DNA of 20,000 nucleotides, taken from the IMG/VR virus record IMGVR_UViG_3300027763_000054. One strand, written 5' to 3'. The position numbers and the translations under genes were made by a program. This stretch comes from an uncultured virus (IMG/VR IMGVR_UViG_3300027763_000054) (lineage: Duplodnaviria; Heunggongvirae; Uroviricota; Caudoviricetes). Shown here piece by piece: positions 13,614-20,000 of the stretch (within the stretch, counting starts at the first letter, position 1; every line of letters begins with the position of its first letter). The notes under the pieces are model-generated. The model did not search any database, was not told the DNA's origin, and saw only the letters and a list, made by a program, of their open reading frames with translations.

Positions 13614-14000
13614 ATGCGTAATTTTACTAAACAAGAGCACCTTAATAGCATTGATACAAATGACATTGGTGAGGGCATTGATGACTTTAGCGACCCAGAG
13701 CTCAACGAGGCTTTTGGTAAGTTTTGTATTATGGACGACCAGTGCGCCTACAATAACTTATTGGAAGACATGGGTTATGACGAAGATGAAATTGAAAACG
13801 AACATTGTACTATTGTACACGATACAGTGGTTGAGACTCTTAAGCAAGTGAACCTTGTGTTTAAGAACTTGGGCCTGGACTTGGAGTTTAAATCTGCAGA
13901 CATGGTGGAGCACGTGGCCTTCATGCTTACTGGCAAAGGTGATACACCCGAGGACATGGCCCACCGTATCCGCAGATTGGTTGACAACAAGCCTGTTTAA
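13614..14000 (+). CDS. acidic hypothetical protein (128 aa)
   Basis: GGGAG SD before ATG 13614; the ORF-track TTG start at 13554 is the -35 box. Confidence 0.75.
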   Translation: MRNFTKQEHLNSIDTNDIGEGIDDFSDPELNEAFGKFCIMDDQCAYNNLLEDMGYDEDEIENEHCTIVHDTVVETLKQVNLVFKNLGLDLEFKSADMVEHVAFMLTGKGDTPEDMAHRIRRLVDNKPV

Positions 14001-14009
14001 TAGTACAAT
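13981..14009 (+). promoter_or_regulatory. sigma70-type promoter
   Basis: TTGACA-17bp-TACAAT, starting inside the 3' end of the upstream gene. Confidence 0.8.
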
Positions 14010-14033
14010 AACATACACACAAAAGGAGTCCAA

Positions 14034-14360
14034 ATGATTACTCGTGATAACATGGTAGTTTACAAGAACATTGGCACTTACCACTTAGTAAGTGACGACG
14101 GTTATGATGAAGACACTGACTCGTGGTATGAGCCTTTTGAGCACTATGAGGTGCGCCACTTTTCAGGTCTAACTGTGACTGCTAGCTCAGTTAAAGAGTG
14201 CAAGAAATGCCTGGATGACTTTGAAGTTACCGCACAGGAGATCCGTGAGGCTATCAACAAGCTCGCCATTTACGGCTATCGTGTATTCAAAGAGCAAGAG
14301 TATTTTGACACCAGCACAGACCCCAACGGCCTAAAGGCATGGGTCCGGGATTTCGGTTGA
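14034..14360 (+). CDS. hypothetical protein (108 aa)
   Basis: AAGGAG SD and its own promoter. Confidence 0.8.
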   Translation: MITRDNMVVYKNIGTYHLVSDDGYDEDTDSWYEPFEHYEVRHFSGLTVTASSVKECKKCLDDFEVTAQEIREAINKLAIYGYRVFKEQEYFDTSTDPNGLKAWVRDFG

Positions 14361-14385
14361 CCTAAAACAGATTGTTTGCTATAAT
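14357..14385 (+). promoter_or_regulatory. sigma70-type promoter
   Basis: TTGACC-17bp-TATAAT with TG; the upstream gene's TGA lies within the -35. Confidence 0.85.
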
Positions 14386-14418
14386 ACTTGTATTGCAATT
14401 AAAAAGGAAGTTACCAAA

Positions 14419-14841
14419 ATGAAACACACTATCCTATTAGACAATGGTACCTACTTGCAGGTAAATGATTTGGGTTGGACCGAGCGTAAGACGCCACGGC
14501 AGTACAAAAGCCTAGCAGAAGCTCAGCATCATTTACAATGGGGCATTGCCATGTGCCACACCAATGTTAAACTTAGAACAGACTATATTGCAACCTATCA
14601 TCGAGATAAAACTAGATTTGAAAAAGCTGTTGCAAAAGAACAGGCCCTTATCAAACAGCTAGAGACACAACCTTATAACAAGGTAGCAGATCGTATTGTA
14701 CAAGCACACCATAATATTGATCAACTCACTGTCAAGTTTTATCCTGAAAGCCGCCTTAAGGATTTCAAACGTGATACCAAGTTCCTTGCAAGTGCCAAGC
14801 AGGTACTTGCCAACAACCCCAGGATCATTCCTTTAGGTTGA
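14419..14841 (+). CDS. hypothetical protein (140 aa)
   Basis: AAGGA SD and its own promoter. Confidence 0.75.
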   Translation: MKHTILLDNGTYLQVNDLGWTERKTPRQYKSLAEAQHHLQWGIAMCHTNVKLRTDYIATYHRDKTRFEKAVAKEQALIKQLETQPYNKVADRIVQAHHNIDQLTVKFYPESRLKDFKRDTKFLASAKQVLANNPRIIPLG

Positions 14842-14866
14842 CAGGATCTAAAAAATCTAGTATAAT
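14838..14866 (+). promoter_or_regulatory. sigma70-type promoter (perfect consensus)
   Basis: TTGACA-17bp-TATAAT; the upstream TGA stop lies within the -35. Confidence 0.9.
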
Positions 14867-14887
14867 TAACACACACAAGGAACCAAA

Positions 14888-15214
14888 ATGGCTACAACAG
14901 ATACAGTCCGTAAAAGAGGCACATTTGAGGAATATTGGAATGCCAAATATCCTCCAAGTAAAAGCACTAAAGCACAACTGCCAATGGGTAAAGCCAGCGC
15001 AGAATTTTGTATGTATGGTTACACACAAAGAACCTTTACTGACGCCACCACACATTACTTTGGAGTCCATACAGCTACTGGCATAGAGGTCAGTGCCAGG
15101 ACTAGAGAAGGCGCAGTCAAGGCCTTGGCCACAGTAGAGCGCAAGCAGACAAAGATTAAAGAGGCTATTGCTTTTTTAAAGTCTGAAGGTTATAAAATTT
15201 CTAAATCTGTTTAA
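14888..15214 (+). CDS. hypothetical protein (108 aa)
   Basis: AAGGA SD and its own promoter; C-terminal half resembles 14034-14360. Confidence 0.75.
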   Translation: MATTDTVRKRGTFEEYWNAKYPPSKSTKAQLPMGKASAEFCMYGYTQRTFTDATTHYFGVHTATGIEVSARTREGAVKALATVERKQTKIKEAIAFLKSEGYKISKSV

Positions 15215-15222
15215 GGATAAAC

Positions 15223-17322
15223 ATGAAACTCAAAACACTTACCTTAGCTATCGCATTGGCTCTCTCTGCTGGCGCCAATGCACAAGTATTTGGCAACCAA
15301 GAAACTGTTGCTACAACAAGTTACCTCAAGGCAGTAGGTGCTCCACAAGCGTGGGCCCGCGGCTTTACAGGCAAGGGTATTATCATTGGTGTTGTTGACA
15401 ACGGCTTTGACTTAAAGCAAACAGACATTAAAAAGAATGTCCTAGCATTTGCAAACTTCAGTTCTACTGCTGTAGTGGTAGGTGTACATGGTACACAAAT
15501 GGCCAGTATTGCCGCAGGCGTAGCAGACGGCAATGGTACAGTTGGTGTTGCTCCAGATGCCAAGTTGGTCCTTGCACAAGCAAACAGTACTGTAAGTTCA
15601 TCAACTGGCTTAGCAGGCACAGGCATCAGCATGGCTTCAGTGCTTAAAGGTATGGCCTGGGCTGAAGCACAAGGTGCCAGCATTATTAATCTGAGCCTTG
15701 GTTCTACATACGATTCCACTTTCCAATCTAAGACTGTTATGATTGCCCCGGGCATTTACAATGCCCCTGATTCATACACAAACAAAATTGGTGGTCTTGA
15801 TTACTTGTATGGTTCATCTCTTAAAGATGTGGCGGCATTTGCTGGTACTACCAAGAACGCTGTCATTGTTGCCGCAAGTGGAAACTCTGCTACACCTTTT
15901 GCACAATTCCCGGGTGCGTATGCTACACAAACAGATGCCAATGGTAATCTATTGCTTGGCGGCCGTGTTATCATTGTTGGCAATGTCAAAGGCGACGGCA
16001 AGGGTGGTTGGATCATGAGTGAGACTAGTAGTGCGGCTGGTAGCTTATGCTCAAACATTGTTGCTAGTGTATGCCAAGACAAATACTATGTCAAAGATTT
16101 TTATGTTGTAGCACCAGGTACAGGTATCTTAGGTGCTATTCCCGACAGTGCCAGAACAGCCGCAAGTATCACAGCAGGTAAGACAAATGGTGTTGGTGGG
16201 GTCAGTGGTTCTAGTCCAGCGGCCGCCGTAGTGTCAGGTGGTATTGCACTGATGAAGCAAGCATGGCCTCAGTTAAGAGCCAATCAGCTTGTTTCTCTGG
16301 TATTGAATACTGCTACCCCATTGGGCGATAGTAATGTATATGGTAAGGGTATGGTGAACTTTGACAAGGCTACCCAACCAATGGGTCAGCTTACACTTGC
16401 CAACCTTACCAAACTTACTGGCAGTGGTATTACGGGTACAGCAGTTGTTGGTACAGGTATTGTTACAAGTGGTTCGTCAAGTTTAGGTACCAGCTCTGTG
16501 TTGCAGAACACCCAAGTTGTAGACACCATAGGACGCAACTATACAGTTGACATGACAAAGGCAGTTGGTTACAACAATGCACTAAGTTACCAATATGGTA
16601 CACCTTGGATGGCTTTTGGTGGTTCAAACTATCGACAGGTTGTTACACCAGTTGGTCGAGATGGCTTGCTGTCAATCATGGCCAGTGACTCAGGTTCGTC
16701 TAGTCAATACGAATGGCAACAGACTGATGATACTCGTTTGAGCATCGAGGTAGGTGCATTGTCAGAACGCAATGGCTTCTTAGGTACACATGGTGGTGGA
16801 GCAATGTCGTTTGGCGGATCTAATACTGCATGGACCGGCCTTGGCTTTAGCAAGAACATTGTTGGTAGTACAAACTTAATTGGTAGTTATACAGTTGGCT
16901 TGACTCGCACAGGCAATGTTCAAGGCAGCATGGTTCAACTTGACTCTAGCGTAATTGCTGACTCATGGAAGCTGGGTGTAGCACAAAGTAATTTGGCGTT
17001 CAGCGGCAAGACTAAGGATACATTAAGCCTTACAGTAGCATCACCTGTGGCAGTACGTAAAGGTTCAGCTACAGTTATGGGTGTAACAGGTTACACCTAT
17101 ACTGACAATGCAGATGGTACAACAGATGCCAATCCAGTTATGCAAACAGAACGTGTGAGCCTGGCTCCCAAGGCACGTGAAATGAACTTGGTACTGGGCT
17201 ATACTGTAACACAAAATAACACGTCATCAATTGGTGTTAACGTAGTTAGACAGTTCAACGCAGGCGGACAAGCTGGCGTACAAGGCACAGGCGTATCAAT
17301 TATGGCACGTAGCGTATTTTAA
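15223..17322 (+). CDS. secreted subtilisin-like (S8) serine peptidase with a beta-rich C-terminal domain
   Basis: Sec signal MKLKTLTLAIALALSAGANA; Asp GVVDNG, His HGTQMASIAAG, INLSLG, oxyanion AASGN, VVAPG, Ser SGSSPAAAVVSG; C-terminal amphipathic strands ending in Phe. Confidence 0.9.
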   Translation: MKLKTLTLAIALALSAGANAQVFGNQETVATTSYLKAVGAPQAWARGFTGKGIIIGVVDNGFDLKQTDIKKNVLAFANFSSTAVVVGVHGTQMASIAAGVADGNGTVGVAPDAKLVLAQANSTVSSSTGLAGTGISMASVLKGMAWAEAQGASIINLSLGSTYDSTFQSKTVMIAPGIYNAPDSYTNKIGGLDYLYGSSLKDVAAFAGTTKNAVIVAASGNSATPFAQFPGAYATQTDANGNLLLGGRVIIVGNVKGDGKGGWIMSETSSAAGSLCSNIVASVCQDKYYVKDFYVVAPGTGILGAIPDSARTAASITAGKTNGVGGVSGSSPAAAVVSGGIALMKQAWPQLRANQLVSLVLNTATPLGDSNVYGKGMVNFDKATQPMGQLTLANLTKLTGSGITGTAVVGTGIVTSGSSSLGTSSVLQNTQVVDTIGRNYTVDMTKAVGYNNALSYQYGTPWMAFGGSNYRQVVTPVGRDGLLSIMASDSGSSSQYEWQQTDDTRLSIEVGALSERNGFLGTHGGGAMSFGGSNTAWTGLGFSKNIVGSTNLIGSYTVGLTRTGNVQGSMVQLDSSVIADSWKLGVAQSNLAFSGKTKDTLSLTVASPVAVRKGSATVMGVTGYTYTDNADGTTDANPVMQTERVSLAPKAREMNLVLGYTVTQNNTSSIGVNVVRQFNAGGQAGVQGTGVSIMARSVF

Positions 17323-17335
17323 GGAAGTTACCGAG

Positions 17336-17572
17336 ATGGCAAAGAAAACTGCAAGGAAAATTGAATTAGATGGGGAAACCGCAGATCGCATTACAGTTTT
17401 AAACTTGATAGACTATCGTGCGTATCTTAAAACGGAATTGAACCTGTGGAAGAAAAATCCCAGGACAGAAACTAACCCTGATGGATATTGGTTACACCCA
17501 GATGATGTAGCAGGTAACATTAAGGCCATTGAGGCTCTTAATTTGATTATCAAACATTTTGGAGAACAGTAA
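17336..17572 (+). CDS. hypothetical protein (78 aa)
   Basis: AAGGA SD; tight packing with neighbours. Confidence 0.75.
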   Translation: MAKKTARKIELDGETADRITVLNLIDYRAYLKTELNLWKKNPRTETNPDGYWLHPDDVAGNIKAIEALNLIIKHFGEQ

Positions 17573-18153
17573 TGAATAGTAATCTTGATCAAGAACTTTG
17601 TAAACAGTATCCAAAGATTTTTGTGAACCGATATAAAAGCATGCAGGAAACTGCAATGTGTTGGGGTTTTGACTGCGGCAATGGTTGGTATAATATCATT
17701 GCTTCATTGTGTGCCAACATCCAACACCATATTGATTGGCGTAGACAACAACGTGCTAGTGCATTACAATACAATCGTTGCCTGAGTCGAGCCATTGCCG
17801 GTGACACAGCAGGCCTGGTTTGGTACTACACATATGGCAATGATCCTACACCACAAACATATAAAAGTGTTGAGAATGATGTGGAACATGCTAGATTTAG
17901 ACCAGTTCCTGAGTTAGTTGTACAAGTTACCGCAGACCAAGTAAAAGAGAAGTTTGGTACACTAAGGTTCTATTACACAGGTGGAAACGAGTTTGTGCGT
18001 GGCTTGGTTGCCATGGCAGAAAGCATGAGCGCAGTAACATGTGAAACTTGTGGCAAGCCCGGCAAGCGTGTTGGTGGAGGGTGGGTTACTACCTTGTGTC
18101 AAGAACATGCTGAAGCAAGAGGTATATACGAAGATGAAACTGCCGAACATTAA
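17572..18153 (+). CDS. phage hypothetical protein with a C-terminal Cys motif
   Basis: GFDCGNGWYNII...QVKEKFGTLRFYY...TCETCGKPG...GW..TLC..H; TAATG overlap. Confidence 0.8.
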   Translation: MNSNLDQELCKQYPKIFVNRYKSMQETAMCWGFDCGNGWYNIIASLCANIQHHIDWRRQQRASALQYNRCLSRAIAGDTAGLVWYYTYGNDPTPQTYKSVENDVEHARFRPVPELVVQVTADQVKEKFGTLRFYYTGGNEFVRGLVAMAESMSAVTCETCGKPGKRVGGGWVTTLCQEHAEARGIYEDETAEH

Positions 18154-18361
18154 TTGGGAATTGTATGGTGCATTGACTGCATTTTGCGTATGCATTTATA
18201 TTTTGTACAATATTGGATTTCCAAAAGAAGCGGTGTATAATTGTAGTATTGCAGAAATTAGTCCGGATATTCCACTCAAGGTAAAAGAAGAATGTCGAAA
18301 ATTACAAGCCAACACAAAATGGAACCCGATAAAAAATCAACAACCTACTACAGAAAAGTAG
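18134..18361 (+). CDS. small membrane-anchored protein (75 aa)
   Basis: ATG 18134; TM LYGALTAFCVCIYILYNI followed by YNCSIAEISPDIPLKVKEECRK. Confidence 0.6.
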   Translation: MKLPNINWELYGALTAFCVCIYILYNIGFPKEAVYNCSIAEISPDIPLKVKEECRKLQANTKWNPIKNQQPTTEK

Positions 18362-18801
18362 GTCGTAGGTATGAGCCTGTAAGCGAATACGATTCTGAAT
18401 TATGTGATGCCTTCCCTAAAGGCACACATCTGGTACAAAGTTATCCAGGCGGAACTCTGCGTAGGTTTAACATTGATCCAAAGTATGCTCCTATGATCGC
18501 GGCTGGGCGAATTGCCGAAGAAGCTATCAGTGAGAAACTCAGGAAAGCCAGTGACCTTCGTATGCAACGTGGTAGTGTACCTTTGACAGTTGCTCAAAAA
18601 GACGCATGGGAAAATCTTGTCAAGGAGTTTGGCCCAGATGCTCGCCAACTTGAATGGGCTAGCTCTAGAGAGATTACTGAAGCAGGTGTTAATGCCATGG
18701 TCAAGGAAGCACAAGAACTCATGAATCACCCAATGGTTCAACAAGCTTACGAAGAATTTGAAGCAACGTGTCGCTTGGTTCATGGTGATAAAAAATCTTA
18801 A
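18319..18801 (+). CDS. hypothetical protein (~160 aa)
   Basis: YYRKVGRRYEPV..YD pattern; start uncertain (18292 or 18319). Confidence 0.75.
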   Translation: MEPDKKSTTYYRKVGRRYEPVSEYDSELCDAFPKGTHLVQSYPGGTLRRFNIDPKYAPMIAAGRIAEEAISEKLRKASDLRMQRGSVPLTVAQKDAWENLVKEFGPDARQLEWASSREITEAGVNAMVKEAQELMNHPMVQQAYEEFEATCRLVHGDKKS

Positions 18802-18819
18802 ATTTTTCGCCATAAGAGA

Positions 18820-18848
18820 TAGACTTTTTCAATATAAGGATATATAAT
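18820..18848 (+). promoter_or_regulatory. sigma70-type promoter for the leader/tRNA region
   Basis: TAGACT-17bp-TATAAT. Confidence 0.7.
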
Positions 18849-18854
18849 TACACT

Positions 18855-18917
18855 ATGATGAATACACGATTACCAGGTACATATACGCCAGCTGTGGAGG
18901 ATAATCCACTGGCTTGA
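18855..18917 (+). CDS. putative leaderless 20 aa leader peptide
   Basis: MMNTRLPGTYTPAVEDNPLA*; the ATG sits at the expected +1 of the 18820 promoter. Confidence 0.4.
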   Translation: MMNTRLPGTYTPAVEDNPLA

Positions 18918-18941
18918 TCCTACACATCTGTATTGATCAAG

Positions 18942-18970
18942 CCTCGGAACTAAACACTCCGAGGTTTTTT
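18942..18970 (+). terminator. intrinsic terminator upstream of tRNA-Gly
   Basis: CCTCGGA-9nt-TCCGAGG followed by T6. Confidence 0.85.
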
Positions 18971-18991
18971 GTTAGAGGTATTTTATTTGAT

Positions 18992-19068
18992 GCGGGATTA
19001 GCTCAGTTGGTAGAGGCGAGTGCTTGCCAAGCACTAGGTCGTCAGTTCGAAACTGATATCCCGCTCCA
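18992..19068 (+). tRNA. tRNA-Gly(GCC)
   Basis: Acceptor GCGGGAT/ATCCCGC, anticodon arm AGTGC-TTGCCAA-GCACT, T-loop GTTCGAA, encoded CCA; one extra G after the D-stem. Confidence 0.9.
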
Positions 19069-19100
19069 AATAAAATATTTTTAAAAGTTTCAAAAAGTAG

Positions 19101-19129
19101 TAGACAAGACATAGGTTTTGTCATATAAT
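19101..19129 (+). promoter_or_regulatory. sigma70-type promoter
   Basis: TAGACA-17bp-TATAAT. Confidence 0.7.
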
Positions 19130-19207
19130 AGAAACATACTGTAGCAGTACAGTAAAAGGATAAAAGTAAGTGTTGTAAAAATACAACAAAGAAATTTCAA
19201 AAAGTGG

Positions 19208-19236
19208 TTGACATAGAAGCGAAAGCAGTATATAAT
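19208..19236 (+). promoter_or_regulatory. sigma70-type promoter for the tRNA array
   Basis: TTGACA-17bp-TATAAT; palindrome TGTTGTAAAAATACAACA at 19171-19188. Confidence 0.9.
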
Positions 19237-19303
19237 AACCACTTAACAGCAAGAAATCATTGTGTTACTTGCTAAGAGTTCTTTTACAATTTAGCGGCAT
19301 TGT

Positions 19304-19378
19304 GCTCGATTCGTCTATCGGTTAGGACGCTGGCCTTTCACGCCGGAAAGAGGGGTTCGATTCCCCTATCGAGTACCA
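19304..19378 (+). tRNA. tRNA-Glu(TTC)
   Basis: Acceptor GCTCGAT/ATCGAGT, anticodon arm CTGGC-CTTTCAC-GCCGG, T-arm AGGGG-TTCGATT-CCCCT, CCA. Confidence 0.93.
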
Positions 19379-19522
19379 TTTGTTTAGTGTTATCAAGGTA
19401 TCGTGTATGGACGCATACACTATGCGGGCCTAATCCGCCGGAAAAAGGTCCTAACATAACTGCATCGGCTTTGACCGGGAAGCACCCGACGTCTAAATTT
19501 GCACGATAGCACTAAACAAATG
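19379..19522 (+). ncRNA. putative structured ncRNA (~145 nt) between tRNA-Glu and tRNA-Leu
   Basis: 18-bp closing stem 19377-19394 / 19505-19522 (one G-U) enclosing internal hairpins. Confidence 0.55.
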
Positions 19523-19530
19523 CATTATAT

Positions 19531-19616
19531 GCGAGTATGGAGAAATTGGTAGACTCAAGAGACTTAAAATCTCTCGCTGTAATGGCATCCCGGTTCGACC
19601 CCGGGTACTCGCACCA
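19531..19616 (+). tRNA. tRNA-Leu(TAA)
   Basis: Acceptor GCGAGTA/TACTCGC, anticodon arm AGAGA-CTTAAAA-TCTCT, long variable arm, CCA. Confidence 0.93.
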
Positions 19617-19623
19617 AGTTTTA

Positions 19624-19700
19624 GGAGTGGTAGTTCAGTTGGTTAGAATACCGGCCTGTCACGCCGGGGGTCGCGGGTTCGAGTCCCGTCCACTCCGCCA
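19624..19700 (+). tRNA. tRNA-Asp(GTC)
   Basis: Acceptor GGAGTGG/CCACTCC, anticodon arm CCGGC-CTGTCAC-GCCGG, T-loop GTTCGAG, CCA. Confidence 0.95.
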
Positions 19701-19701
19701 A

Positions 19702-19898
19702 ATCCCGTTACTATTTTCGTTAAAATAGCGTTTGATTAGCGATAGAGATCCGGTGGCAGAAAACCGTAAGCGTGAGGCTGGAAACTACCCTTACAGACTC
19801 TGATAGGCAGTATCCTTCTGCACACAGACTTTGAATAAAAAGGATGGACAGAGTAACCGCTCAATTTAAGGGCTGGTGTGGAAACCAGTAGCTTAATC
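19702..19898 (+). ncRNA. putative multi-stem ncRNA (~195 nt) after tRNA-Asp
   Basis: Six or more short complementary pairings; no credible ORF. Confidence 0.45.
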
Positions 19899-19905
19899 CT
19901 AATTT

Positions 19906-19980
19906 TGTAGCAGTAGTAGTTACGGGCACTTCCGGCAACAGGAGGCGCTGACTAGCAGGGTGCAACTCCCTCGGCTACAT
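19906..19980 (+). other. degenerate tRNA-like element
   Basis: TGTAGC/GCTACA closing stem and T-arm-like AGGG-TGCAACT-CCCT, but no normal D-arm, anticodon loop or CCA. Confidence 0.35.
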
Positions 19981-20000
19981 TCAAGTTTTGAGAGTCACAT

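Noticed and set aside
15321..18813. Minus-strand and alternate-frame ORFs over the subtilase and downstream genes
   Set aside because: They are shadows of well-supported plus-strand genes, with no SD or recognisable motifs.
19300..19728. ORFs 19300-19509 and 19537-19728
   Set aside because: They overlap clear tRNA genes (Glu, Leu, Asp).
1..20000. CRISPR array, integrase/IS element or stop-codon reassignment
   Set aside because: No regularly spaced repeats, no recombinase or transposase motifs; genes are intact in the standard code with TAA, TAG and TGA all used as stops, and no suppressor tRNA is seen.

Overview
The window looks like part of a large lytic dsDNA phage genome (T4-like/jumbo style). 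It has dense small ORFs, many near-consensus sigma70 promoters and the start of a tRNA array; the host cannot be determined from this window. Three parts are visible. (1) 1-3626 (+): early-type cassettes with an HD/Mesh1-like hydrolase, a P-loop kinase, a calcineurin-like phosphoesterase and small hypothetical genes. (2) 3623-12558 (-): a ~9 kb, 18-gene island on the opposite strand, headed by a LuxR/NarL-type regulator. It encodes two paralogous ~187 aa Ala/Thr/Asn/Gln-rich proteins, two Tyr-rich or Gly/Tyr-rich microproteins (one missed by the ORF track), two paralogous ~230 aa helical proteins, two coiled-coil+TM proteins, one 174 aa 'RLELL' protein, seven short modular fibre/adhesin-like proteins (collagen GPP, shaft repeats, C1q/BclA-like heads) and a papain-like C1A protease. 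The parts list resembles a spore-coat/exosporium or proteinaceous-matrix kit rather than a normal tail module, and is the best candidate for an undescribed system. (3) 12811-20000 (+): more promoter-gene cassettes, a secreted S8 subtilase, an attenuator-like leader, four tRNAs (Gly, Glu, Leu, Asp) and interspersed structured non-tRNA RNAs. Family assignments come from motif recognition by eye; no database search was run.
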